Source: Negaprion brevirostris (taxonomy: Eukaryota). Taken from it: a DNA stretch of 64,000 nt. This document shows, piece after piece, positions 52,034 through 64,000 of the stretch (positions within the stretch are counted from its first letter, which is position 1; the number at the start of each line of letters is the position of its first letter). The stretch lies in assembly GCA_030324005.1 (NCBI GenBank), contig JARDVH010000167.1:1494730-1558729 (forward strand), read 5' to 3'. The notes under the pieces are model-generated. The model was not told the DNA's origin. It ran no database searches and saw only the letters and a program-made list of their open reading frames with translations. A program made the position numbers and the translations under genes.

Positions 52034-54489
52034 ATCCCTTCAATGTCAGTCTGTAATTGGGTTGGGTCTTCTGTTGACCTGCCCTCCTCCATTTCTGGTT
52101 TCACACTTACTGCGATTAACAATCTGTCAGATCGAGGGATCAAGTCTGTATGTACCAGGATGTCATCCTAGCTGCCTGTCTGCACTTAGACCTAAGATAG
52201 CAGATAGAATGTAAAAACTGGTGGGAACCAGCTAGCTTTTACACCCACAATCTTTCTGCCAGAAACCCAAAGCTTTCTTGGGTTTTGCACAATGTGGGCA
52301 CTAGTGTCAACCCTTTTATGCTGGCGATCTTCCACTGACTGCCATTAGTGGCAGTGCTTTCACATGAAAAGGCACAAAGTTGAACGTGTTTGTGTTCAGT
52401 TTAGAATTGAGCTTGGCTACCATTTTCTTTCTGTTGAAGAAGAATGTCAGCAGATGATATTATTCAAGGCAGAGATAGGCAGACTTCTGACAGATAAGGG
52501 AGTCAAGGATTATGGGGAGGAGTTGACACCAGAGCCAGATCAGTCATGATCTTATTGAATGATGGAGCAGGGTCAGAGGACTGAATGTGGCCTGTGCGTA
52601 ATTTCCTATACAAGGTAGAGCTGATTCTGTTGCAAGATGATGTTTCTTGAGGAACAATGCGCAGAAGTAGACTAGGGACAGTCTGAAGTGATGCATTTCT
52701 AGTTTAATTTGTCACTGATCCCTTTTTTCACTCTGATTACTTTCTCTCCCTGTGTTTAACATCTCAATTAAAATTACCCAATCAACACAGGTGCATAAGC
52801 CTCCTGGTGCTGCTGTGGTAATCCTATTGAATGATGATCAGGTTCTTCTCTATATTTTAATCCATTAAACAGTGAAGTATTGAGCATGATCAGTGAAGCT
52901 GATTTGAAGGGATTTTCCTTAAAAGGATTTGGCATTGGGCAAAAAGATTATTTTAGTTGTTTTACATTGAGTGCAAGCAGTGCATGATGCACTAAATAAA
53001 ATATTAAATGTCTGACTGATATATTACGTGTATGATTTGTTTCCCTTCAATTATCTTCCCTCCTTTTCTGAAGGTGTGGATTCCTGCTGGCATCAGTTCC
53101 ATCAGCATCCTGTAGAACGTGGCTATTCTTCGTCTGAGTCTAGATGTTGACTATGAACAGATTATTTCACTGAGGAGTCAGGGAGGGGTTGGGTATCTTA
53201 CAGCTGATTCAGACTAAGCTGACACATGAACGTCTTTGCCCAGGAGCAAGGATGGAAATTCTAGCTGATCAGGGTTTTCCTTCAAGTGGGACAAGGGAAA
53301 CTGATAGGTGTCATAACGTTGCCACTCAAATTACTGTCAACCAGCTCCAAATAGATGAGAGATGAACAAACCTGGAATCATAGATATAACAGGTTAAACC
53401 TGTCAGGGAAGATTGAATAGACTCAGGCCCTTTTCTCTTTCGAAGAGAAGAATCAAGTTTGACTGGATGTATATCAAGAAAATTATGAAAAGCTTTGGCA
53501 GATTGGACTGAAAGAAGCTGATTGTCCATAGCTGGCATCACCAAAGCTCACGGCCTCAAATATAAGATGGTCATAAATAAATCCAACATGGAATGCAGGA
53601 GAAGAAAATATCCAGACAGTGGTTAGAATGGGGAACTTGCAACCACAGGAAGTGGTTGATGTTAACAACATTGATGGTTTCAGGGGAAATGAGACAAACA
53701 GAAGATGGAGGAAGGAATAGAAGAATGTGCTCTTTGACTAGAGGAAACAGCTGTCTTAAGAAGTAATGCCTGATTTTTTTTTTTGTGTTATACCATGTCC
53801 TCCCTTTCTATTTCTGAAGTTAATTTGTGTGCGGTAAAGCTCCATGGACACATGTACCATGAGTACCTCATTCAAGTGACCATATTTTGCATGTGAGCAT
53901 GACAAAAATGTTGTTTGGTAGATGACCGACCTGTGTTAGGCAGCACGTTTAGATGTAATTCTATTTCCATTCAGTATCCATTCACTTAGCGGAAGTGGAA
54001 TCCCTCAGCTAATTTTCCTTCCCATTGCCCCCTGCTCCCACTGATCTTGAGCCCAGAGGCACTAAAGTATATCTAACACTTCTCACTGAAACAGCACCTT
54101 TTATTGTGTGTAAAGGCATGCCATATCGTAAGTGTTTATATAATATGGAGCATATTTAATATAGTAAAATGTTTCAGAGTTTCCCATAAACATTACCAGA
54201 CAAACTTAATACCAAACTGCATGAACAGGCCTCTCAGTGTAGCCAAGCACTCGAGTACTATTAAGTGTTGGGAATTGGGTGAATGAGGGAATCTGAACAT
54301 CTTTGCTAAACTAATTTGCTTTGTATTTAGCATCTAACTGAAGTTTACTGTTTAAATTATAAACTTCATTCACCCATTTCCAAGCTCATCACTGGATAGC
54401 AGTTGAAGTTATTTAATAAAAAAACATTTTAAGCCAGATTCCTTATGTACCTGGAGCTTAGCTAACTCTTCAATTTCAGAGCATATAAA

Positions 54490-56075
54490 TTAGGGGTCTC
54501 AGTGTGACTTGAACAAGAGTGATGGGTGACTCAGTGAAGAGAGAAAGAGGTGCTCCTTTGCTGTTCTGACATCTTCACCCAGTAGGAACTGCTTCTTACT
54601 GTAGAACTTGGGAAGAATCTAGTTGGTTGGTGAGTATCTGGTAGGTGGATATGGTTTATTCTATTCCTGAAGTTTAAAATGTATAAAGAGTGGGACAGTG
54701 AACAAAGTAAAAAAGGAAAATAATTGAATAAAATAATTAATGAAAACGCAATGAGGATGGTAGGACAGGTGATGTATCATGGCTGCAGCATGTGGGAGGC
54801 CTGAATGCGAGTATGATGCAGGTCTGTAGCTCAAGGAGCTTTGGCTCAGAGTCATTGAGCTAGAGACCAATCTGTAGTGCAGAGGCTTGGAGCAAGTTAC
54901 CTGCCTTCTTGTATCAGGAGGCAGTTGTACCTCTTGATTGGTCAGCAGCCAGAGAAAGGAGGGTGTGACTGCGAATGAGGCAGGTCAGAGCACCCAGATG
55001 GCACATGGGCAGGAGCCTCAGTCTTTGCAATTGATTACGTCACGTTCTTTTAGCTTGTTTGGATGAGAATGGAGGTTAAAGGGTTGATGACTGACTGGCC
55101 ATGGCACCAGGTAGAGGAAGCCATTCAAGTGCAAGGGAGTGCCGTGCTAATAGTGCTAAGGATTAATAGTTTCCTGCAGCAAAGAGTGAAGTCCAGAAGG
55201 GTATGTTGCCTGCTGGTGGGGGTGTCAAGAGTCAGGACATTGAGTTGAGGTTGGAGAGGAGCTTGCAGTGGGACGGAAAGGGGGAGGATCCAATTGTCAT
55301 GTTCCATTTCAGTACCAATCATAGGGACAAGACAGGACAAGGAAAGACATTCTGCTTCGTCAGTATAAGGAGCTTGGCATCAACTTTAGAAGAAGAATCC
55401 CAAAGGTATTAATCTCTTGATTATTACTTGAGCCATGTGCAAATTGGCAAGTAAGGTTAGAGAAATCCATGAGCGGCTCGAAGATTGGTGTGGTAGAGGT
55501 GGGTTCTGGCTTGTGTGGCACTGGCACTAATAGGAAAAGTGGGGCATGCACTGTTGAGATGGTCTGCACTTCAACTGTGCTGCAGCCACTGTTCTAGCAA
55601 ATCACATAATTAGAGAAAGAGAGGGGATTTTAAACTGAATAGCAGGGGACAAGAGACTTTCGGGATTTTCCCAAATTTGGGAAGATATAGTAAATCAAAG
55701 AGTAAAGGCAAGAGAGACAAGTACTAATGCAGGAAATGATAAGCAGACTGACAGAAAGGGATAGAAGATAAGGCTGGAGATTTTAAAAATGACAAGGGAA
55801 AACTGAAGGCTCTGTATTTAATGCACATAGTATTCAAAATAGGACAGATGAGCAGATGGCAATAAATAAGTACAATTTGACAGTCATTACAGAGACATGG
55901 CTGCAGGATGACACACAATGGTTCTTGAATATTAAAGAGTATGTGATATTTAGGTAGGACCGGAAGCTAGGCAAAGATAAAGAGGGTGGCTCTGTTAATT
56001 AATAATTAGCATACTAGAGAAGAACAACCTAAGTTCAGGAATCCAGGATGTAGAAGCGGTTTGGATAGAGATGAG
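54490..56075 (+). mobile_element. Decayed near full-length CR1 LINE, 5' part (ORF1 esterase remnant plus start of the ORF2 endonuclease)
   Basis: Broken reads SRRVCCL...RLERSLQWDG..EDPIVMFHFSTN (CR1 ORF1 SGNH-esterase-like) and LKALYLNAHSIQN...VITETWLQ...DVEAVWIEMR (APE endonuclease). Confidence 0.8.
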
Positions 56076-56340
56076 GGTGGCACTGTTGTTAGCACTGCTG
56101 CCTCACAGCGCCAGGGACCCGCGTTTGATTCCTGGATTGGGTCATTTGTCTATGTGGAGCTTGCACATTCTCCCTGTGTCTGGGTGGGTTTCCACCAGGT
56201 GCTCACATTCTAAAAGGTGTGCTGGTGAGCTGCATTGACCTGAGCAGGCACCAGACTGTGGCAACTAGGGAAATTTCACAGTAACTTCATTGCAGTGTTA
56301 ATGTAAGCCTTACTTGTGACTAATAAATAAATTTTACTTT
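56076..56340 (+). mobile_element. V-SINE with an alternative tail (...cagtaacttcattgcagtgttaatgtaagccttacttgtgactaataaa)
   Basis: HE1-like head and V-domain joined to a different 3' end. The same tail occurs at 59544-59623 (+) and ~26052-26200 (-). Confidence 0.82.
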
Positions 56341-56683
56341 TCCTTTATCAGCAGGGTTCGTGACAAGTGTAATTATTCCATTTAAATGCAAACATTTTGC
56401 ACAGAACTCTTCAAGTAAGATCAGGTCATATTCATCCAAGTAGAGTTAGAATTCCTTTGAACTAAGCTTCTTTCTGCTGTTAGGATTCTTTTAACTGGTG
56501 GGTTGCTCATTTGCTTTTGATCAGGTATTTTACCAGCATCAAGGTTCAATTCATTTAACAGCCAATTTCAATTACTGACCAGGTGACATAATCAAGTTCC
56601 ACGTAAAAAACAAGTTCCATTCTAAGTTTTTCAAGCATACAAAGTATACAGGATTTATAATGATTACTTGTTTTCCCCCTCAG

Positions 56684-56764
56684 AAGAAGAAGAAAATTTC
56701 CAACAACCTCCACTGCCATCCAATGAACCTGAGAAGAAGCAACAGAGTGCTGGGAGTGGAACAG
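56684..56764 (+). CDS. Candidate orphan internal exon (81 nt) of an unidentified gene; phase-1 reading EEENFQQPPLPSNEPEKKQQSAGSGT
   Basis: Strong acceptor ttgttttccccctcag|, donor CAG|gtacag, length a multiple of 3, and coding-like composition in an AT-rich context. Confidence 0.5.
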
Positions 56765-57159
56765 GTACAGTGACTGTTTTTGAATAGTTTAAAGTTAAAG
56801 GAGAAGATAATTCCAGCATTAACATTAGCCATTTTGATATGAAGTAAGCATATAATTCCCCTTGGAGCAGGGCAGTTTTCCTATCTTTGGCATCACTGGA
56901 TCAATTGGGTTTGGCTTGAGCATCATTTACCTCCCATACTCACTTTGCCACACTTTGTACTTATTTGGAAAAACTAGCTACCTATAAACACATTAATGTG
57001 TTTATAATACTGAAGTCTGGAACTTAATTTACCTTCTTTACTCCGCCTCTCTCTGCTTCATGTCTAACTACGCAGTGGGTATCATCAACTGGGAGATCAT
57101 CACACCCAATCATCACCCAATGACTGTACAGGTGCACTTTCCATCAGCGGTCACTGTAT

Positions 57160-57375
57160 AGAGCAAAACAAAGTATTGCAGATGCTGGAAGTCTGAAATA
57201 AAAACAGAAAATGCTGGAAGTATTCAGCAGGCTGGGCCACATCTGTGGAGGAAAAAAAGATTTAACATAAGTTGATGATGTTTCAGGTTCTGATGAAAGG
57301 TCATTCACTTGAAAAGTTAACTGTTTTTCTCTTTCTACAGATGCAGCCTGATCTGCTTTTTTTAAGCATTTTTAT
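57160..57375. mobile_element. Palindromic Penelope-like-derived element with a hammerhead-like core, TSD-flanked
   Basis: Inverted arms (...atctgtggaggaaaaaaagatttaac / gttaactgtttttctctttctacagat...); gtcactgtat and gtcactatat at 57150-57159 and 57376-57385. Confidence 0.65.
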
Positions 57376-57908
57376 GTCACTATATGGTGTTCAGGAATGG
57401 AAATTTGAATTGATTTTCCCTTTCTACTTCTAGTTCCCTGGTTGATATCAAACAACTTGGTGCAGCCATACTTTAAATCTTACTTGGAGGTATCTAGTAT
57501 TGCATCATTTTCTATAATTAGGCCATTTTGGTGTGTGCATTTTCCTTTTAAGAACAATTCCTATTTGATGATGATGGTGTTCTTTTATAGCTTAAAGTAC
57601 TTGTCCCTTAATTTTTAAAATTTTAATCAAGAAACTTGCCACTTCAAAACAGAGAAATACTTTTCCAAGTGTGAAAACATATTGGGTTTCCTTCAGACAG
57701 TTTGTGGTAGTCTGCTTCAAATGGCTCATAGTAGTGAGCAAGTTCCTTCCTCGTTTAGGAAGATGATTTTGATAGGGTGATACTGAATAGTTTTATCTGT
57801 TTAAAGTGCTAAGATTGACGTATAGAATTTATAATGATACCAATCCTGCTCGATGAATCGAGAAGCAGATTCATTGTCAAATAAGTCATTTGAGCATCTT
57901 TCTAACAG

Positions 57909-57931
57909 ATGGACCGCAAATGTCTCTCTAG
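57909..57931 (+). CDS. Candidate terminal coding exon following 56684-56764: (D)GPQMSL*
   Basis: Acceptor atctttctaacag|, frame-compatible with the 81-nt exon, followed by ~1.3 kb of repeat-free AT-rich sequence with AATAAA near 58228 and 59205. Confidence 0.33.
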
Positions 57932-58508
57932 CAACCTCCTTTCTCAACAGGAAATTAAGCATTTCTGCTTAGTCTCGTAAACCTTTTAATATTCCTGAAC
58001 TATTCTCTTTCCAAAGTAAGTATTTGAACTAAAGGGATATTTCAAAAAAATTCTATTATCTACTAAGTGTCTCACCGAAAAGTGACATTTAAAACTTTTT
58101 AATTTTTTTAATTTTGAAGTTGTCTGTGTCATATGTGAAGTAATATATTTGATGATGTCATGTCTTGGATAGATAACTGAGGTTTGACCCCTGACCCTGC
58201 CAGTTGAGCATTGCATTGATGTAGAAGAATAAAATATATCTGAGACCTTCATATGGCTAATCTATTTAAAGTTTTTGTTGTTAATATCTATATTGGGGAT
58301 TTATGCAACTATAACATTTGGTTCAGATAGTTTTCTCCATAACCTGGCAACGGAACCTTTAAAGATCTGCATCTTGCCAAAGGTAGTTCTTTTGAAAGTT
58401 AATTGCATTTATGGAGGTGACCAGTTTTAGTAATCTAATTACTTTGAAGCATAATAGTTTCTCGAGTCCAACTGGAAACCAGTACGTGTCCTAGTTCCCA
58501 AAAAATGT

Positions 58509-58550
58509 TACCATACATAGTTAGTATGCTACCATACATAGTTAGTATGC
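58509..58550 (+). repeat. Perfect 21-bp tandem duplication (taccatacatagttagtatgc x2)
   Basis: Seen directly in the sequence. Confidence 0.9.
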
Positions 58551-59623
58551 TAAATTTTTCTTAAAAGTAATTATCTTTCTTCCAATCATCACTCCCTACA
58601 GTTTTCCCTATGGGGAGACAGGAAACCAGTCTAGCTTTTTTTCTCCATTTTTATGTACTTGTGAGGCAGCAGCAAAGCTCATAAGTATTGATTAGTGTAT
58701 GTGGGGGCCACTTGAGAAGGATTTATAAAATAAGCCAATTTAGTTCTGCCTGAATTACTTTGTAATGACTCAATTACCTTTTATTTCTGTGCAAAAGAGA
58801 TTTAAGTGAATAAATTAGCAGATCATCATTGGGGAAGTGTCACCACTAAAGGACAGTTTATAGATGTAATACACAATTGCTGTCACACCTTTAAGATTGT
58901 AATATAGACATCTGTGTATACTTTGTGGTTTAGTGAAACAGACTTCTGTCATTCAGAGGCTGACAAGGGCCCTAGAGTTACCCTGGGGAACAGCAATGTA
59001 GATGTCTCTGAAAAGGTCAACTTGACACAGGCTCGGACGATCGACCCACTGCTCTGTCTGCTTTGATAAAAATCAGATAAACTTAAGACTGTTAATTGAT
59101 CTGTAGCCCACTTAAATGTTGGCCATGCATATCTTCATTGCATGTGATTAGTGTAGAAAGCAAATAAGACTCATTGCTTAAAATGTGAAATGTTTGTGAT
59201 ACAGAATAAAAATCAAAACAGAACTTATCTAGAAAGGGCACAGTTGAGCAGTACGTTATCTGCCTTGGTTTCGCATATGTGTCTGTGAACTAATTATCAG
59301 TGTAACTCAATAGCTACATATGTTCAATTGGATCATGAAAGTGTGAACTTGCACAGATGCACTTAATTTCCAGTAGGTTGAAAACAATGAATTGTAAACT
59401 AGAGAACACAGAATTTGATAAGACAACTCTAAGACTCAAAGTGNNNNNNNNNNNNNNNNNNNNNNNNNNNNNNNNNNNNNNNNNNNNNNNNNNNNNNNNN
59501 NNNNNNNNNNNNNNNNNNNNNNNNNNNNNNNNNNNNNNNNNNNGGCAACTAGGGAAATTTCACAGTAACTTCATTGCAGTGTTAATGTAAGCCTTACTTG
59601 TGACTAATAAATAAACTTTACTG

Positions 59624-62080
59624 AGAGATGAGAAATGATAAAGGCCATTTGTGGGAGGCCCCCTACAATCCCCACATGACAGGATGGAGTATACAGGGAG
59701 AAATAATGGGAGTTCATCAGGAAGATATAGCAATAATCATGAGGGATTTTAAACTCCGTATAGACAGAAGAAATCACATGGACACGTGTAGCCTCGGTGA
59801 GTTCCTGGACTATTTTTGGGATAGTTTCTTATTCTGGGGCCAGCCATAGAGCAGGTTTTATGTGACCTGGTATTGTGCATCAAGATAGGATTAATTAATG
59901 ATTTCACAATGAAGGCAGCCAAGGTAATAGCAATCAGAATATAATTTAATTTTACATTTGAGGTTTTAAACTCAAATAGTGGCAATTATGGGAACATGGA
60001 AGTGAGCTTGCTGATTTGGTTCAGAGAGGTCAGTGGCAGACATTTATGACGAGATTTCAGAAAACACTGAATAGATGCATTCAACCAAGAAAGAAAACTT
60101 CCAATAAGTGAACCCACCATCCTTGGTTAACTGAAAAATTTAAAGGTAGTGTCAAACTTAAAGTAAAGCATATAATTGTGCAAGGAAGGGTGGCACTTTG
60201 CCAGAATATAAAAAAGCCAGAATGACTGAAGTGTTAGTGAAGAGGGAAAAATTAGAGCACAAAAGAATGCTAACTAGAAATATAAAAATGGCAAGAGTTT
60301 CTATAGATATGGACAAACAAAGAGTTAATGAAGTGAATATTGGTTCTCTGGAAACTGAGTCTGGGGAATTAATAATGGAAAATAAGGAGATGGCAGATGA
60401 ACTGAAGAGGTATTTTGCATTAGTACTCATCTTCATTTCAGAGGATACAAATAACATCCTAAAAATAACTGTGCGTCCAGAAATGGAAGAAAGGAACTCA
60501 GGAAAATTACAGTCAGCAATGAAGTCGTGCTGAGAAAATAGTTGGAGCTGCAGGCTTATCAATCTAGTGTTGATGGACTTCATCCTATGGTTTTAAAAAT
60601 GGCTAGTGATGTAGTTGACACATTGGTTTTAATTGTCCAAACTTCCCTAGATTTGAGGAAGGTTCCATTAGATTGAAAAATAGTGAATCTAACTCCTTTA
60701 TTAAAAAGAGGGAGAGAGAAAGCATGAAACGACAGGCCAGTTAGCTAAACATGTGAAAGAGGGAAAATGTTAGAAGCTATTTGTAAAGATGTTACAGTTG
60801 GGAACTTAGAGAAAAAATAAGGTAATTAGGTCAGGTTTTGCGAAGGGGAAGTCGTATTTAACCAATTTATTGGAGATATGTGAAAAGATAACGTTCACTG
60901 TGGATAAAGGGGAACCAGTGGGTGCTCTGTACTTGAATTTGATAAGGCATTTGGTAAGGTTCCACTTGAACTTCATTGTGGAGAATAAAAGCTCATGATG
61001 AGGGGATATCATGTTGGAATGAATGCAATATTGGCTTGCTCTTAGGAAACAGAGGATAGACATAAGTCATTTTCTGGTTGACAAGATGGAATGAGTGGTG
61101 TACCGCAGGCTTCAGTGCTGGGGGTTTAACTTCTTATAATTTACATAAATACCTTTGGTCCCTTCATCCAAGTTATGGTTGCTCAATTTACTGATGATAC
61201 AATGTTTGGTCAGAAAGTAAGTTGTGAAGAGGACACAAGGAGGATACAAATATATATATATATTACATATATATACAAGTAAGTGAGCAAAGACCTGGCA
61301 AATAGAGAAGAATGTGAGAAAATGTGAAATTTCCCATTTTGGCAAGAAGAATTAAAAAGAAACATTTTATCTAAATGGTGAGAGATGCAGAGGGGTCTGG
61401 GCGCCCTTGTGCATGAATGGCAAAAAATTAGTCTTGCAGGTACAGCAAGTAATTAAGAAAGCTAATAGAATTTTATCACTTTTTTGGTGACAAGAATTGA
61501 ATATAAAAGGATATGCTTCAGTTATACAGGGCATTGCTGAGATCACATCTGGATTACTGTGCACACTGCTGGTCTTATTTAAGGAAGGATATAAATGCAT
61601 TGGGAACAGTTCAGAGAAGATTGACTTGACAAATAGCTGAAATGAGAGGGTTGACATATGACGAATGGTTAGACAGGCTTGGCTTTTTGCTGGAGTTTGG
61701 AAGAGTTAGAAGTGACTTTATTGAAAAATATAATACCCTGAGTGGTCTTGATAGGATGGATGTGGAAAGGATGATTTGTGGGAGAATCTCGTACTTGGGG
61801 TTACTTCTTAAAAATAAGAAGTGGGCTATTTTAGAGAAATGTTTTCTTTGAGGATAATGAGCTTTTTGGAACTTAGACACACAAAAGGTGATGGAAGCAG
61901 AGTCTTTGAATATTTTTAGTGTAGGTAGATTCTTGATCAGCATTGGGTGTGAAGCATTATCCAGGATAGGTGGAAATTTGGAGTTGAGGTTACAATCGGA
62001 TCAGCCATGATCTTGTTGAATGGTGGAGCTGGCTTGGGGAGCTGAGTAACCTCCTCCTGTTCCGAACTTGTCTCTATGTA
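59624..62080 (+). mobile_element. Decayed CR1 LINE, 3' part (rest of endonuclease, RT, 3' tail); continuation of the 54490-56075 element
   Basis: Resumes in frame as EMRNDKG. Further ORF2 remnants: KEMADELKRYFALV, YLTNLLE, RGLTYDEWLDRLG. Ends in the CR1 tail gatcagccatgatcttgttgaatggtggagc. Confidence 0.88.
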
Positions 62081-64000
62081 AGATGAGGTAGGTTTTAAGG
62101 ACAGTTCAAAAGGAGGAAAGCGAGGCAGACACTTTCAGGGAGGGAATTCAGAGCTTAGGACCTTGGCAGCTGAAGGCCAATGGTGATTGAAATAAGGAAT
62201 GCTTAAGCGGCCAGCGATGGAGTGCAGTGATCTTGGAAGATTATAAGCTGGAGGTGGTTACTGACACAGGGAAAAATGAAGCCACGAAGGCATTTGAAAT
62301 TAAGGGTGAGAATTGTAAAATTGTGATGCTACTCAACTGGGAAAGGATGTTGGTGAATGAGAACAAGGATGAGGTTGTTGCTCAGAACTACTGTCACCAC
62401 AGACTGGACACTTTCCTGGTTGTATAACTCATTTGTAAGTTAGGTGGTCAGAGGAATGGAGTTCAATATTAAATGTATATAAATATAATAGAATAAGGTA
62501 AACAATGTGCATCCATACACATCGTGTGGTGTTGTCTGGCAGTGCTATTATTGATCTCAAACTGAATTCAAACCTCTTGGTGTTTTCAAAATTGAAATTC
62601 ACTGAGTGTAATGGGAATTGTGCCCATTTTTGTGTAATTAATACAGCATTCATGTCATTAAGAGAAATTGTGGATTAGATTTGTTATTAATGTCAGTGAT
62701 GCAAACTGCAACTTCATCAGCAGTGCACCTTGGCCACAAAGAAATCCTGACACAGAACACATCTATATCTAAGCCTTATGGGAAAACTCAGTTTGAAGCA
62801 ATTTCAGTATGGCAATTGAGGGGAACGGAGGCTTCAAGTTGTTTGCTGTTTCCTTTTAAATTTTCTCCCTCTTACATCAATGACTTGGATTTATCTGAAA
62901 CCATGAATGTAAAAGGCCTCCCAAGGCGCTCAACAAGTGGTAACAGACAGGGCTGGGAGGCTGAGCCATGGAGCGAGACACTTGGACAGGTGACGACTGA
63001 TCAGATGGCATTTCAAATGATTTTTAGAAGGCGAATTCAGTGGAAAGTACATAGGTTTAGGAAGGAAGTTTCTAAGAGAGTAGGGCCAAGGTAGATGAAG
63101 GCTCTGCTACCAATAGTGGGACTGGAATATCACAAAGGCTTGAAGAAGTTTGGAGGATGTGTGATGTGGTTTGGCGAGATCAAGGTGGGATTTGAAGTCT
63201 TCCTTACATTTGAAATAATTCTTTCTGGATACAACTTAATGGGATTCAAAGCACTGCCCTACCCTAAAAGGTGAATAACAGTGCAAGTTGGGCCTTGAAT
63301 CTGTACTTTCCAGATGTTCACATTCATCACCTTTCTAACAGATGAACTGGAGTCATCAGGATTAGGATCCTCCTCCAATTTCCTCTCCACCTCCACTTCA
63401 GCAGGCCTGAAGCCAATTGTCCTTCCTCCTTCACCTCCATAGTTTCCACTGTCCTTGAGATCAGCTGATTCATGCCAAATCTGGGAATCTCTGACCTGTA
63501 TGAATGGTGACCATTAACTTGCAGCAAGAGATTGATGGGAATAATGTTCAGAGGGGTGGCTGATTATGCTGAAATACGTTTTCAGGCTGATACAAAATTA
63601 ACATCATGAAAATGGACTGATATTTAGCCCAGTAGGTCCAGAATCATGGTACAAATTTTGCTAATTCCTATTGGGCCCACTTCAGAGGTGGTACACAGCC
63701 AAATCTTTTGTCACTACCTTTTTTGGTTCAGTTGAGCTTGTCATTTCCTCAAGAGGTATAAGCATCTGATAATGGTTGCTTTAAACCTGTTCATTAGGTA
63801 GCGTCAACCAATGGGAAGAAAGAAGGGTTTGGTTATTTATTGAGTTGGATGATCAGCCATGATTGTGATGAATGGCAGAACAGGCTCAAGAGTCAAATGA
63901 CCTCCTCTTGCTCCTATCTTCTATGTAACAGTGGTACTTGCTTGTTCTTGGAACCACATCCTGTGTTCTTTATTTATTTCTTCAATCTCTCAAAGATGGA

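Noticed and set aside
52100-64000. Looked for PCNA/CDS2 exons (TMEM230 neighbours in human)
   Set aside because: No matching exon recognised on either strand.

Overview
Eukaryotic draft-assembly DNA with many N gaps. The repeat content (HER1-type CR1 LINEs, HE1/V-SINEs, DeuSINEs, Penelope-like ends) points to a cartilaginous fish, probably a shark. Two spliced protein genes are well supported. (1) On the minus strand are the first six coding exons (30676 down to 2902) of an EBF/COE transcription factor with EBF2-type diagnostic residues; the gene continues past the left edge. (2) On the plus strand is a complete three-coding-exon TMEM230 (49285-50802, 119 aa), divergently oriented. The EBF 5' region (~26.3-37.7 kb) is CpG-rich and almost free of transposons; the rest is dense with decayed and often nested retroelements. 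The most notable observation is a ~3.55 kb block bounded by a V-SINE and an identical SINE tail, sitting inside a near full-length CR1 with a 9-bp duplication and apparently carrying the last two exons of an unidentified gene; this is either segment capture or misassembly. Other observations: an LF-SINE-like element in EBF intron 4, TSD-flanked palindromic Penelope-derived elements with hammerhead-like cores, an SR2-type RTE fragment, and candidate decayed exons inside EBF intron 5. I found no prokaryotic features or CRISPR arrays and cannot claim a confirmed new biological system. Repeat family names come from recalled consensus similarity, not database searches, and repeat boundaries are approximate.
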